Part shown: positions 38,856 through 53,139 of the stretch, in pieces
Layout of the letters: each line of letters starts with the position of its first letter
Numbering within the stretch: the first letter of the stretch is position 1
Source of the DNA: Laetmonice hystrix
Lineage: Eukaryota
DNA length: 64,000 nucleotides
Direction of reading: 5' to 3'
NCBI GenBank assembly: GCA_965235115.1
Contig: OZ249436.1
Location: 17,362,001 to 17,426,000, forward strand
The notes under the pieces: generated by a model
The model's database searches: none
What the model saw: only the letters and a program-made list of their open reading frames with translations
What the model was told of the DNA's origin: nothing
Program-made: the position numbers and the translations under genes

Positions 38856-39107
38856 CTTGAGTGTGACGCCCCCGGGAGCACCAGCTGACACCTGGTTGGG
38901 TGTGTATAAATTGCCGATTTGACAATTTCCAGGTTAATTGGTGAACGATTGTCGTACAACTGAGTGCTTGCAATGTCAGCTTCACGGTTGGCAGGTCCCA
39001 CTGTAAACAAGGCACGAGTTTCTCCCACCAGGTGTCGGGGTTTTACACCGGGCGGAGGGAGAGCGAGTACTTTTCTACCTCATTTACGGATCTTAGTAAG
39101 ATCTTAA

Positions 39108-39626
39108 AGGGGCATACTATGAAACACGTTTTTGAGGATTTCCGGCAATTATCCAACATGACCCTGTACTAGGGATCCAAGTAAATAATCCTACCACAGC
39201 ATTTTGTCCTCCGACGTGCGTATGCAGCACAAGTAGGTTCTATACGACCAAACCTATAGATTTCTCCCGATAGCACATCTCCCGACATAATTTGGCGGAC
39301 AACCTCCCATCAACCCGTGTAATTGCATACTGTGTCACATCCTGTGTGTGCACTCTCTGCATGTGCTTAGTCACGTGCTTTGCTTAGTTGTAAAAAATTC
39401 AGCAGTGGCACTCGATCGCCCGGCATCAGAATGCCACCCAAAAAATATTTTACGAAATCGGCAGAGAAGCGGGCAAGGGAGCTTAATAAACTTCGATTTC
39501 TCACGCAAAATAAAACTGATAAGTCTGTCTTTGTTTACCAAGCAATTTTAATGAAGGATCTCTTTATGAAAACAGCAAAAGTTCTATGAAATACCGATTT
39601 TTAACGTTTCCTCATAATATGCCACT
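39108..39626. mobile_element. Kolobok-type non-autonomous element, 519 bp
   Basis: TTAA on both sides (39104-39107, 39627-39630). TIR AGGGGCATACTATGA / AGTGGCATATTATGA, with the RR termini typical of Kolobok. Confidence 0.8.
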
Positions 39627-39674
39627 TTAAACAACCATTTGAGGAAAAGATTTGTCAAATAAACCCGACCCACC

Positions 39675-40205
39675 GTGTCCAGTCTGTGGTCAGTATTGTC
39701 CGTGTCCAGTCTGTGGTCAGTATTGTCCGTGTTCAGTCTGTGGTCAGCCGGGACCATGTCCAGTCTGTGGTCAGTATTGTCCATGTCCAGTCTATGGTCA
39801 GTATGGTCCGTGTCCAGTCTGTGGTCAGCCGGGACCATGTCCAGCCTGTGGTCAGTATTGTCCATGTCCGGTCTGTGGTTAGTATTGTCCGTGTCCAGTC
39901 TGTGGTCAGTATTGTCCATGTCCAGTCTATGGTCAGTATTGTCCATGTCCAGTCTATGGTCAGTATGGTCCGTGTCCAGTCTGTGGTCAGCCGGGACCAT
40001 GTCCAGTCTGTGGTCAGTATTGTCCGTGTCCAGTCTGTGGTCAGCCGGGACCATGTCCAGCCTGTGGTCAGTATTGTCCATGTCCAGTCTATGGTCAGTA
40101 TTGTCCGTGTCCAGTCTGTGGTCCGTATTGTCCGTGTCCAGCCTGTGGTCAGCCGGGACCATGTCCAGCCTGTGGTCAGTATTGTCCATGTCCAGTCCAG
40201 TTTGT
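39675..40205. repeat. 24/27-bp minisatellite
   Basis: (TGTCCAGTCTGTGGTCAGTATTGTCCG)n with a CCGGGACCA variant. Confidence 0.95.
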
Positions 40206-41989
40206 GGTTAGTCTCAGGTAATGTAGATTGAAACCATTTCATGTCAGATCTGTCCTGGCTCGCTTATATCCGTGATATTATTATACGTCTATGGTAACAA
40301 GTTTCCAGGATATTCCTTTTTAAACGTTAATTTTTTTATTTTTTTTTACACCGGTGTTTTGACAGGTTTACAGTATCTCTCTTGTATGCATCAAGATTTG
40401 GTAGTTTGAAAGCATTCCAACGAATAATTTACATAAATAATGGAAATGTTTTACTTGAGAACCTCTAAAATATTTAAATTACTGTCATATTGTCTCGGGA
40501 TTTCTTTATCCATTCCAGTGTAGATCAGAGAAGTGTGTGACTTGAATAACATTTCTATGTTTTAATCTGTCCATGTATTCCGACCAGCTGATGAAGTGTT
40601 CTCACAGTGTGGTGCCGTATTATTTATAAACAGCGTCGTATAACGTGTTTCTTATAAACGTATAAAACTGTTCCTAGAATAAAACAAAAATCATGAAGTG
40701 TATAATGATTGATGAACACTAAAAAGGAGCCATTGAACCTCTAGGGGTTATGATATATAGTGTAAAGTTTCTTTATCTTGACTGAGTTGTGCGTGTGTTT
40801 GTGTCTGTTTTTTTACCTGAGTGTCTGAGTGTCACCGACTGTAGTGGTGTGCGGGACTCTCCAATTGGTAATCACTACGAGGAGAGCCGTAAACTTTATG
40901 GTCGACACTAAATGTCTAAAAGGTGGTTAGTTGACGTAAATCACCATGTAAATGATGACTGAGTGGCGGGTTTATGACTGGTGATCATTGTCAGCTGCAT
41001 GAGGAGGATGTTGTTATGGCACTATGAGAGATGTTCATTGGTTGACCCACTGAGGACCGCATCACTGACGTCATGTTAACACATCATTCCGCCGCAGTCT
41101 GCAGGCTCAGTGATTGGGTGCCCCCTCCATGTAACAAGGCCATGAAACTGGGGCAGGGTTTCCGCCAGATAATAATTGATATTGATGGGGGGGGGGGGGG
41201 GGGTCGGGAATGCCGGAGACATGTTTTCTGAGCCTCAGAGCAAAAAATTCCATCGTTTTTATTTGTGATACATAAAAAATCGGCATGAGATTCACATAGA
41301 ACATTCGTACCCTACTTGTTAAGAGGATTGATACGATTTTATATCATAGGTGCTTGCCTGCTTTTAAAAAAAGGTGGCTTTGCGGGTTGATGGGGGGGGG
41401 GATATCCCCCTTGTCCAAGATATGCAGGGGATTCCCCCCCCCCTCTGTATGAAACCCTAGCTGTGGGGGTAAGGTTAGGGTTAGGGACAGGGCTAGGTTT
41501 TTGGGGAGGGATGGGGACGGCAGTAGGGGTAGGGTGGGAGCTGTGAATAATTATAATTTTGTATTTCTTACCTGTAAATTTCGTGGATGTGTTACTATAG
41601 GGGATCTAGCAGTGATTGAATCCTGTCAGTTGATTGATCCCTATCTGTTGATTGACACCTGTCTGTTGATTGACACCTGTCTGAGTCGTGATACCCACAG
41701 CGACACGGGAACTGATATGACATTATTACGATGAACGTGACCAGTTCACATGTATACTGTTGCACATACACATGTACTATCACCTGTTTATAGCCCCGTT
41801 GTCAACATGAAATACGAGAATTTAAGAGTTGTTTTTATTATTCATTACACGCAAGACGAGAACATCCTCTGATAAAAAAGTCTTACTAAGATTACATCAA
41901 AATAAACAGACGTTCTTTTTCTGATCCAGATACAAAGTACATGAACCAGTAATAGTCAGTTCTCTCATATTGGCAACACACAACTCTTA

Positions 41990-42420
41990 CATTATAGTAG
42001 ATCAGGCAATCAGAGCAGTAACGTTTTAATAGCTGTTTATAGTAGATCAGACAGGCAGAACCGTAACGTTTTAATAGCTGGTTATAGTAGATCAGTCATT
42101 CAGAACCGTTACGTTTTAATAGCTGGTTATAGTAGATCAGGCAGTCAGAACCGTAACGTTTTAATAGCTGGTCATAGTAAATCAGGCAATCAGGACCGTA
42201 ACGTTTTAATAGCTGGTTATAGTAGATCAGGCAATCAGAACCGTAACGTTTTCATAGATGGTTATAGTAGGTCAGGCAATCAGAAACGTAACGTTTTAAT
42301 AGCTGGTTATAGTAGATCTGACAATCAGGAATAGCTCGTTATAGTAGATCAGGCAGGCAGAACCGTAACGTTCTAATAGCTGGTTATAGTAGATCTGGCA
42401 ATCAGAGCAGTAACGTTTTA
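41990..42420. repeat. 45-bp minisatellite
   Basis: ATAGTAGATCAGGCAATCAGAACCGTAACGTTTTAATAGCTGGTT repeated. Confidence 0.93.
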
Positions 42421-43419
42421 AAGAAATTAGCCCAGGTCATCATGGTGAGACCTTGACCTTGCACTTGTTGAACCCGGAAGTGGTCTGGGGACCTTGTAGT
42501 TGGTACTCCCGTGTGGGGTGGGTAGAACAACCGGCCATTATCTTGCTGGGGGTTAATATTGACACTGATGGGCCCCACTCCGGGCCCCACCCCCTCATAC
42601 AGGTGAATTCCCATGGAAACGGCTGGCAGGTCTAAAGGTCATCGCCAAAGGTCATATATCCGCTTTGTATGTAGGTGTCGTAGAGTTTAATGGCTTCTTG
42701 AACAAGGTTGAGCATTGAGAGACAATATGACCCGCCTTCATACCAGGTGGTGGAGAAAGGATTTGTTTTAAATTCTTAAAAGTTGACTCTAGTCACCAGG
42801 CTAGAAAGAAATAATACAATATTTTAAAAGGCTGAAGACGATTTGTGGATATTTTGGTTTCCCTAGGGGGTGGGGGTGGTGGGTGGTGGTGAGAGGACCG
42901 TGGCAGAGCAGGGTTTGAGGAAATCACCCCATCTGGCGGGGTGAAGGGGTGGTGGGATAGAGGGGGTAGATTGTTACGTAACAACATCTTTGCTCCAACC
43001 CTCCAAGTTTCCGAGGGATCTCGATGATTTAAAATGTGTCTGATCGCTAAGTCGACCGCTAAGTCACACAGTGGCGGATTCACAGGCTAGTAGCGGAATG
43101 GAGGTAATCATTACTAGGGTCATCCACACAAACACAAGGCTATTGTTGAGCGGCGGCCGGTCGGTAGGGCGGAATTCCTCTGTGGTAGGACGACTGAAGG
43201 TTGTTGGGTGTATGTAGATACAACCAGGTATATCATAGACACTCACGTGTCCCGACGGTGGCCGAGTCTGGATGTAATCCGAACAGGTTCCCAGGTGTGT
43301 TTAATATTGATGACATAGGAAAACATCGGACTGTTGGAGGAGGCGATGTTGATTGTTATCAACGGCTCACTACTGACACCCAGGTACAACACACCCCAGT
43401 ACACCCCAATATCTGCCCA

Positions 43420-44240
43420 GTACAAGACCTCCCGTACTGGAGCCAGGTACAGGAGACCTCCCGTAATGAAGCCGGGTACGGGAGACCTCCCGGACTGGAG
43501 CCAGGTACAGGAGACCTCCCGTAATAAAGCCGGGTACTGGAGACCTCCCGTACTGGAGCCAGGTACAGGAGACCTCTCATAGTGGAGCCAGGTACAGGAG
43601 ACCTCCCATAGTGGAGCCAGGTACAGGAGACCTCCCATAGTGGAGCCAGGTACAGGAGACCTCCCATAGTGGAGCCAGGTACAGGAGACCTCTCGTACTG
43701 GAGCCAGGTACATGAGACCTCTCGTACTGGAGCCAGGTACAGGAGACCGCCTACACTGAAGCCAGGTACAGGAGACCTCCCATAGTCACAAGTGGAGCCA
43801 GGTACAGGAGACCTCCCATAGTGGAGCCAGGTACAGAAGACCTCCCATAGTGGAGCCAGGTACAGAAGACCTCCCATACTGGAGCCAGGTACAGGAGACC
43901 TCCCATAGTGGAGCCATGTACAGGAGACCTCCCATAGTGGAGCCAGGTACAGGAGACCTCCCATAGTGGGGCCAGGTACAGTAGACCTCCCATAGTGGAG
44001 CCAGGTACAGGAGACCTCCCATAGTGGAGCCAGGTACAGGAGACCTCCCATAGTGGAGCCAGGTACAGGAGACCTCCCATAGTGGAGCCAGGTACAGGAG
44101 ACCTCCCATAGTGGAGCCAGGTACAGGAGACCTCCCATAGTGGAGCCAGGTACAGGAGACCTCCCATAGTGGAGCCAGGTACAGGAGACCTCCCATAGTG
44201 GAGCCAGGTACAGAAGACCTCCCATGGAGCCAGGTACCCA
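43420..44240. repeat. 29-bp minisatellite
   Basis: (GGAGCCAGGTACAGGAGACCTCCCATAGT)n. Confidence 0.97.
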
Positions 44241-44379
44241 CCCAGGTCACATGACCTAGCCGCGTGCGTGGTGGTAGGCACACCCGGGACGGAGCTCATG
44301 ATTCCGTGGTGGATGATTAAAAAACCTCCGTGTTGTCTGACCAAACAATGCGTCATGACCGGTCGTGGGGGAGGGGGGG

Positions 44380-44515
44380 GCGTCCTGGCGCAGGGTGGAC
44401 AGGTCCCAGCGTCCCGGCGCAGGGTGGACAGGTCCCAGCGTCCCGGCGCAGGGTGGACAGGTCCCAGCATTCTGGCGCAGGGTGGACAGGTCCCAGCGTC
44501 CCGGCGGAGGGTGGA
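44380..44515. repeat. 29-bp short minisatellite
   Basis: (CGGCGCAGGGTGGACAGGTCCCAGCGTCC)n. Confidence 0.9.
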
Positions 44516-45065
44516 TGAGGGGGGGGGGCAGCGTCCCGGCGGGAGGGTGGACGGGGAGGGGGGGGGGGGGGTCAAAGACGGTCAGGTAACGGTGGCCAGG
44601 TGTGTTCACATCTTCGGGCGTCTTCCAAACAACCGGCGTCTACAACAAACACCACGTCAAACACATGATGTGTGTTCGTATAAAAAAGGAGAAAAACTCT
44701 GCAAAACAACTGTACAGACAAGGGAAGCTACTCAAGGAGCAGACCCACTGTCGTTCCTGATTGAAAAACTATTTTTGGCAGACCCCGGAGATGAGAGCTG
44801 TTTCAGGATGACATTCTGATGTTCTCACATACTAACCATTGTTACCAAGTCACGTGACCGGTGAATATGAGCGCCACCTGTCCTTGTCGTTGGTAACTAC
44901 ACGGCGATGATAGAGGTCACGTGATGCGCTGACCACACCTGACCGCCAGGTGGCCGAGGTGACTCACTCAGACATCAAAGGGCCGGCCCGCCCAGGTGGG
45001 CCAGGTACGACGACGATGACGACCTGATAACTCATCCCTAGTTAAAAAAATATTTAAAATGGACC

Positions 45066-46350
45066 GATTTGATACGGGCAGGGCTGGCTATGGCGGGTGG
45101 TGATTTGATACGGGCAGGGCTGGCTGTGGCGGGTGATGATTTGATACGGGCAGGGCTGGCTATGGCGGGTAATGATTTGGTACGTGCAGGGCTAGCTAGG
45201 GCAGGGTGATGATTTGATACGGGCAGGGCTGGCTATGGCGGGTGATGATTTGATACGGGCAGGGCTGGCTGTGGCGGGTGATGATTTGATACGGGCAAGG
45301 CTGGCTGTGGGTGATGATTTGATACGGGCAGGGCTGGCTATGGCGGGTGGTGATTTGATACGGGCAGGGCTGGCTGTGGCGGGTGATGATTTGATACGGG
45401 CAGGGCTGGCTATGGCGGGTAATGATTTGGTACGTGCAGGGCTAGCTAGGGCAGGGTGATGATTTGATACGGGCAGGGCTGGCTATGGCGGGTGATGATT
45501 TGATACGGGCAGGGCTGGCTGTGGCGGGTGATGATTTGATACGGGCAAGGCTGGCTGTGGGTGATGATTTGATACGGGCAGGGCTGGCTGTGAGTGATGA
45601 TTTGAAACGGGCAGGGCTGGCTGTGAGTGATGATTTGATACGGGCAGGGCTGGCTGTGAGGGATGATTTGATACGGGCAGGGCTGGCTGTGAGTGATGAT
45701 TTGATACGGGCAGGGCTGGCTGTAAGTGATGATTTGATACGGGCAGGGCTGGCTGTGAGTGATGATTTGATACCGGCAGGGCTGGCTGTGAGTGATGATT
45801 TGATACGGGCAGGGCTGGCTGTAAGTGATGATTTGATACGGGCAGGGCTGGCTGTGAGTGATGATTTGATACGGGCAGGGCTGGCTGTGGGTGATGATTT
45901 GATACGGGCAGGGCTGGCTATGGCGGGTGATGATTTGATACGGGCAGGGCTGGCTATGGCGGGTAATGATTTGGTACGTGCAGGGCTAGCTAGGGCAGGG
46001 TGATGATTTGATACGGGCAGGGCTGGCTATGGCGGGTGATGATTTGATACGGGCAGGGCTGGCTGTGAGTGATGATTTGATACGGGCAGGGCTGGCTGTG
46101 GGTGATGATTTGATACGGGCAGGGCTGGCTGTGAGGGATGATTTGATACGGGCAGGGCTGGCTGTGAGGGATGATTTGATACCGGCAGCTAGGTCTGGCT
46201 GTGGCGGGGTGATGATTTGATACCGGCAGGTCTGGCTGTGGCGGGGTGATGATTTGATACGGGCAGGGCTGGCTATGGCAGGGTGATGATTTGATACCGG
46301 CAGGTCTGGCTGTGGCGGGGTGATGATTTGATGCTGGCAGGGCTGGCTAT
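45066..46350. repeat. 33-37-bp minisatellite with 250-bp higher-order duplication
   Basis: GATGATTTGATACGGGCAGGGCTGGCTGTG units; the variant GGTACGTGCAGGGCTAGCTAGG recurs near 45179, 45429 and 45973. Confidence 0.95.
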
Positions 46351-46595
46351 ATATAGTGTGGACAGATTTTCAAAGCGGCACTAGCGCCCCTGGTGCACTA
46401 TGTCGGGAAGCGAGCGTTCAGAGTGAACTTACCCAACGTAAGTAGTCTACCGACGTAGCTATGCCCCCAATATTTACCCGAAGTAATTCGAGGGCTTACG
46501 CGACGTAAGTTATGTCGGACGAGTGCGTTCATATACAGGTGGCCACCCGAAACAGCGGGTAGGCGTCGGAACAAGCCTCCAATGTGAACGCGGGG

Positions 46596-47357
46596 TTAAA
46601 CTCTGAGAGTAGAAAAATACCTCGTATAACTATTTAAACTCTGAGAACACTGGGCCGCGATTGTCAGTAAAAAAACACCTCGTATTTAAACTATGGGGCA
46701 CTGGGCTGGGATTGTCAGTAGAAAAACACCTCGTATTTAAACTCTCAGAACACTTGGTCGAGATTGTCAGTAGAAAAACACCTCGTATTTAAACTATGAG
46801 AACACTGGACCGGGATTGTCAGTAGAAAAACACCTCGTGTATTTAAACTGTAAACACTGGGCCAGGATTGTCAGTAGAAAAACACCTCGCGTATTTAAAC
46901 TGAGAACACTGGGCCGCGATTGTCAGTAGAAAAACACCTCGTATTTAAACTATTAGAACACTGGACCGGGATTGTCAGTAGAAAAACACCTCACGTATTT
47001 AAACTGAGAACACTGGGCCAGGATTGTGAGTAGAAAAACACCTTGTATTTAAATTCTGAGAAAAGTGGGCCGTGATTGTCAGTAGAAAAACACCTCACGT
47101 ATTTAAACTGAGAACACTGGGCCAGGATTGTCAGTAGAAAAACACCTTGTATTTAAATTCTGAGAACAGTGGGCCGCGATTGTCAGTAGAAAAACACCTC
47201 GTATTTAAACTATGAGAACACTGGACCGGGATTGTCAGTAGAAAAACACCTCACGTATTTAAACTGAGAACACTGGGCCAGGATTGTCAGTAGAAAAACA
47301 CCTTGTATTTAAATTCTGAGAAGAGTGGGCCAGGATTGTCAGTAGAAAAACACCTTG
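46596..47357. repeat. 52-bp minisatellite
   Basis: GTAGAAAAACACCTCGTATTTAAACTATGAGAACACTGGACCGGGATTGTCA repeated. Confidence 0.95.
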
Positions 47358-48054
47358 AGAATCATTACAACCGATACGAACAACTTACGATCCATACAAA
47401 ATATTTATGATACAAACGAACAACTTACGATCCATAGAAGGACAGGCTGTCGCGCGTGATCCCTGATTGATGACATGATTTATTGTTTTACAGTGATTAT
47501 TACATAAAAATATGTAGATCATGTACCAAGGTGTGCTCCTCCCGAGCAAAGCCTCTCTTTCTCTTGTTTAACATAATATAATGGTATAATAGCGACACTG
47601 CTGGTGTAAATTATAACCTTCTTCCATAAGACAACGTCCATCAGTAAAGTAAAGGAACTTATATAAAATAAAGAAGTCATGTTAGACGTGAGGAACCGCT
47701 TCTACTGTTATGAGATAATCCTATCATTAATCCTGTTATAAATGTGGAAACTAACTTTCATACAAAAAGGTTCAAGCTGTTACACATAAATCCAATATGA
47801 TTTTTTCTCATGGCATGGAACCAAGGTGGGCGAGAGATGGCCGGCTGCGTTGTCCTCAGCTGGCAGTGGTGATGTGGGAGCTGACCTTTTCTTTTGTCAG
47901 ACATAGTGACATACCCTTTGTGTAGAAGTCATAAACTGTAGCAGTTTTACAAGGCAGTGCCTCCCCAATGACGTATTGTCATTATGGAGGTCACTCAACC
48001 ATGTCAGGCGTCGAAGACGGTGCCTCCAGTCTCGATTGGTATGTGTATGACGAG

Positions 48055-48535
48055 GGCAGTCAGCTGTGGCGACCATGAACCATGGCTCACTGACGGACAG
48101 ATTGTGGTGTTGGATGGGGTCAGTCAGCTGTGGCGACCATGAACCATGGCTCACTGACGGACAGATTGTGGTGTTGGATGGGGTCAGTCAGCTGTGGCCG
48201 GCCATGAACCATGACTCACTGTCAGGCAGATTATGTCGTAAGATGGGGGAAGTCAGCTGTGGTACTGTCACAGAGATTATTTAGTAAGATCGGGACGGTC
48301 AGCTGAGGCACTGTCAGACAGATTATGTAGTAAGATCGGGACGGTCAGCTGAGGCACTGTCAGACAGATCGTGTAGTCAGATCGGGACAGTCTGCTGTGG
48401 CACTCTCAGACCGATTGTGTGGGGCGGTGAGCTGAAGCACTGTCAGACAGATTATGTCGTAAGAGGGACAGTCAGCTGAGGCACTGTCAGACAGATTATG
48501 TAGTAAGATTGGGATCGTCAGCTGAGGCACTGTCG
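48055..48535. repeat. Diverged tandem repeats
   Basis: GTCAGCTG(T/A)GGC...GACAGATT units. Confidence 0.8.
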
Positions 48536-49369
48536 ATTTCCCACGACAATCTCGATTTCCCCAATTCTCGATCCTGGAACGGTTCCATGTTTGTGACACG
48601 GGTGACTGACTTCGTGGACCTCTTCCTAACTTTGTCACCCCCACGTCCACCCCCACCCTACTCCAGCCTCACGTGCCCCAGCCAGACGGTATTGTAAATA
48701 ACGCTACAGGTGCAGACGTACAACCCCCACCACCAGACAACACCAAACAGTACGTCGTAACGTAATAAGGCAACCACCACAGGTAAACTGTCTGCCGGGT
48801 TATTAACCGTGGTGACATTCACTCGAAAATGGGGATAAGGGACAGGGTTCGGGTCAGGGACAGGGCTAGGGACAGGGGTCAGGGACAGGGATAGGGACAG
48901 GGATAAGTTGTTGGGGAGGTCTAGGTTAAGGGTAGGGGTAGGTTTGAGATCAGTGATATGGAGTCTAGATTTTAGTTCGGACAATCGTGGTAATGTAAGC
49001 ATGGGGAAGCTGCTATATCTGCCGTGACGGTATGAGCTTTTATAGGAGACCAGGTATTTACTTGGGGGATGGGGTTGGGGTGGGGGTCGGGGGGGAGACA
49101 CCTGGCGCCATTCATCTATACCTTGTATCCATGGAGTTTATTCAGTCAATGAAAGCTCGAGTGATTTTCAACCGAGATATGGGAACAATGTCGTGGCGTT
49201 TAGTGCGTTAACAGCGCATTGCAGCATGCAGTCGAACTTAGGATTATAGAGGGTTTATTGGTCCTATGTTCCCTACACACGACCCCGCATAGTGGAATGA
49301 CATATTGAGGACTGTGCTTAGGTAGAAATAAAACCTAACTCGATGGAATTAGTTTTGGGTGAGAATAAC

Positions 49370-50492
49370 GGGAACCAGGGATCGTCAGCACATGGGTTGA
49401 TGTTGAGGGTATGATCACAGGACCAGGGATCGTCAGTACATGGGTTGATGCTGAGGGTATGATTACAGGAATCAGGGATCGTCAGTACATGGGTTGATGT
49501 TGAGGGTATGATTACAGGAACCAGGAATTGTCAGTACATGGGTTGATGTTGAGGGTATGATTACAGGAACCAGGAATTGTCAGTACATGGGTTGATGTTG
49601 AGGGTATGATTACAGGAACCAGGGATCGTCAGTACATGGGTTGATGCTGAGGGTATGATTACAGGAACCAAGGATCGTCAGTACATGGGTTGATGTTGAG
49701 GGTATGATTACAGGAACCAAGGATCGTCAGTACATGGGTTGATGCTGAGGGTATGATTACAGGAACCAAGGATCGTCAGTACATGGGTTGATGTTGAGGG
49801 TATGATTACATGAACCAGGGATCGTCAGTGCATGGGTTGATGCTGAAGGTATGATTACAGGAACCAAGGATCGTCAGTACATGGGTTGATGTTGAGGGTA
49901 TGATTACATGAACCAGGAATTGTCAGTACATGGGTTGATGCTGAGGGTATGATTACAGGAATCAGGGATCGTCAGTACATGGGTTGATGTTGAGGGTATG
50001 ATTACAGAACCAGGGATCGTCAGTACATGGGTTGATGCTGAGGGTATGATTACAGAACCAGGGATCGTCAGTACATGGGTTGATGGTGAGGGTATGATTA
50101 CAGAACCAGGGATCGTCAGTACATGGGTTGATGCTGAGGGTATGATTACAGGACCAGGGATCGTCAGTACATGGGTTGATGCTGAGGGTATGATTACGGG
50201 AACCAGGGATCGTCAGTACATGGGTTGATGCTGAGGGTATGATTACAGGAACCAGGAATTGTCAGTACATGGGTTGATGCTGAGGGTATGATTACAGGAA
50301 CCAGGGATCGTCAGTGCATGGGTTGATGCTGAGGGTATGATTACAGAACCAGGCATCGTCAGTGCATGGGTTGATGCTGAGGGTATGATTACAGAACCAG
50401 GGATCGTAAGTACATGGGTTGATGGTGAGGGTTACGTATGATTACAGGAACCAAGGATCGTCAGTACATGGGTTGATGCTGAGGGTATGATT
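49370..50492. repeat. 48/49-bp minisatellite
   Basis: GGAACCAGGGATCGTCAGTACATGGGTTGATGCTGAGGGTATGATTACA repeated. Confidence 0.97.
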
Positions 50493-51505
50493 AGTGGCAA
50501 GTTGTCCAACAGGTCGAGTACACCAACACTGGCCACAGGTAAATCATTACAGACTTATTAATACCCATCATCTCGACGGGTGGGAATTTTAGGTCGTATC
50601 CCTGGAAAAATTCTTAAATTCACGTTGTTCGTGTAGGAGGGGCAGCATTGTTTCTCAGATCGACTTGTTGGAGTTGGATAGAAACAGATAGTAACCATAA
50701 TATTATTTATTGGTAACCTTGGCAACACACAAACAAACGACCCTCTCGCGGCCTGGGTTGGTGCCAAACGGTTTACCTCTCTCCGAGTTAGTACCAACAT
50801 TGGACGCCAGGTGTCGCAGCTCCAACATGACGGCTGGCGCCTATCACGGCCAGGGAAGCGTCACTGAATCCAGGGAAGGTGCTGTCAGTACTGGGGCCAT
50901 CGGGAGATTACACAGATCTCAGGAAGGTGCCCCTACATACGCTATAAGCGTCATCAATCCAAAGGTCATGGGTATCTATACTGGCGCCACCGCAAGGACA
51001 CAGATCCCATACAAACACTATAACCAGTACGAAATCCTGCGAATCTCGTGGCTTAATTCAACTCGCAGTTTAATCATCCGAAGTGACAAATAATTAAGAA
51101 AGGCTCAACACAGCTTCCCTACAGTTGAGCTTGACCATCCTTGCTGACAAAAAAAGAGAAAGAATTGTGACGAGACCATGACACATGTGACCTCCGTGTG
51201 ACATGTCCACCAGCTGTGGCCGACGAGGCCCTCTGGCGACGGTGAGGGGCACTATGGCTACGGCGAGGTTTCACACTTATTGATGTACATTTTGTAGTTG
51301 GAACGCCGTGCAGTTCTGAAGTCACAGAAAATGCCGGGAGTGAGGAGTTGGCATGCTCGTTATCATTCTTTTTAAAGGGGTGGATAACAAGACCGTGGTC
51401 ATAGCAACCACAACACTGAGAAACCGGCGCTAATTTCTCCCGGGAATAAAGATGGGTTGTGCTGGACTCTACGCAATGTCAGATCTACTAAATCATGACG
51501 CAGCA

Positions 51506-52703
51506 TCTAACCAGACCGGAACAATACCTGTCCTGATGTAGAGCTCAGGCTGTAGCTGTGTTTGGGGGTGCGACAGGTCTAACCAGACCAGAACAATATC
51601 TGTCCTGATGTAGAGTTCAGGCTGTAGCTGTGTTTGGGGGTGGGACAGCAGGTCTAACCAGACCAGAACAATACCTGTCCTTATGTGGAGGCTGAGCTCA
51701 GGCTGTAGCTGTGTTTGGGGTGGGACAGGTCTAACCAGACCAGAACAATATCTGTCCTGATGTAGAGCTCAGGCTGTAGCTGTGTTTGGGGTGGGACAGG
51801 TCTAACCAGACATGGGCCCGGTTTCAGAAAGGTTAGCATGATATTAACTTAAGCTCTGCTTAGCCGTTTAGGACCCCTGATTGGCTGGTCCTCTGCTGCT
51901 AAGCTTCAATCAGCCAATCAGGGGTCCTAAAAGGCTAAGCAGAGCTTAAGTTAAGATCATGCTAACCTTTCTGAAACCGGGCCCAGAACAATGTCTGTCC
52001 TGATGTGGAGGCTGAGCTCAGGCTGTAGCTGTGTTTGGGGGTGGGACAGCAGGTGTAACCAGACCAGAACAATATCTGTCCTGATGTAGAGCTCAGGCTG
52101 TAGCTGTGTTGGGGGCGGAACAGGTCTAACCAGACCAGGACAATATCTGTCCTGATGTAGAGCTCAGGCTGTAGCTGTGTTTGGGGGTGGGACAGGTCTA
52201 ACCAGACCAGGACAATATCTGTCCTGATGTAGAGCTCAGGCTGTAGCTTTGTTGGGGGCGGAACAGGTCTAACCAGACCAGAACAATATCTGTCCTGATG
52301 TAGAGCTCAGGCTGTAGCTGTGTTTGGGGGTGGGACAGGTTTAACCAGACCAGAACAATGTCTGCCCTGATGTGGAGGCTGAGCTCAGGCTGTAGCTGTG
52401 TTTGGGGTGGGACAGGTCTAACCAGACCAGAACAATAACTGTCCTGATGTAGAGCTCAGGCTGTAGCTGTGTTTGGGGTGGGACAGGTCTAACCAGACCA
52501 GAACAATAACTGTCCTGATGTAGAGCTCAGGCTGTAGCTGTCTTGGGGGCGGAACAGGTCTCACCAGACCAGAACAATAACTGTCCTGATGTCGAGCTCA
52601 GGCTGTAGCTGTCTTGGGGGCGGAACAGGTCTAACCAGACCAGAACAATAACTGTCCTGATGTAGAGCTCAGGTTGTAGCTGTGTTTGGGGGCGGGACAG
52701 GTC
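51506..52703. repeat. Minisatellite of about 71 bp interrupted by a MITE
   Basis: TCTAACCAGACCAGAACAATATCTGTCCTGATGTAGAGCTCAGGCTGTAGCTGTGTTTGGGGTGGGACAGG repeated. Confidence 0.95.
51815..51983. mobile_element. 169-bp hairpin MITE with CWG target (NuwaI/Harbinger-like)
   Basis: Near-perfect TIR of about 73 bp, GGCCCGGTTTCAGAAAGGTTAGCATGAT...; flanks are ATG (left) and CAG (right). Confidence 0.9.
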
Positions 52704-52978
52704 AGATCGATTGATCTGAGGGAACAAAACTCGATGAGAATGAGCATGCTCACATTGTGGCGCAGTTCATACATTGATCGAACGGTGAATCGATTCACAC
52801 GAGAGGCCAACCAAGGCTGATGAGCAATTTCACTACAGGGACATTGGTCTGGGGTAATGTGCCGGACATAGTGTTATCTGAATCTGACGGAAGGATAAGA
52901 TTAGAGCTGCTGAATAGATAAGGCAACCACGGCCCAGCGGTTACTTATCCTGCTAAATTCTAATCAAGATAATTCCTG

Positions 52979-53139
52979 GCCCCGGTTTTTAGTTCGTCAT
53001 TTTACCAATCTTAAGACTGAAATTTTAAGACTGACTTGTATTATGGCCTCTCATTGGCTGCCAATCAGAAGCTCTGAAACAAGAGTTCAGTCTTAAGATT
53101 TGAATCTTAAGACTCGGTTTGCAAACTAAAAACTAGGGC
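52979..53139. mobile_element. 161-bp MITE with CTG TSD
   Basis: TIR GCCCCGGTTTTTAGTT / GCCCTAGTTTTTAGTT, CTG on both sides, internal TCTTAAGA motifs. Confidence 0.75.

Noticed and set aside
43232..43375. Possible minus-strand exon with a GTGAGT donor
   Set aside because: Weak acceptor, no compatible partner exon, and no recognisable peptide.
26978..48945. TTAGGG-like tracts as interstitial telomeres (26978, 37620, 41470, 48840)
   Set aside because: Highly degenerate mixed hexamers with no run of perfect TTAGGG longer than two or three units.
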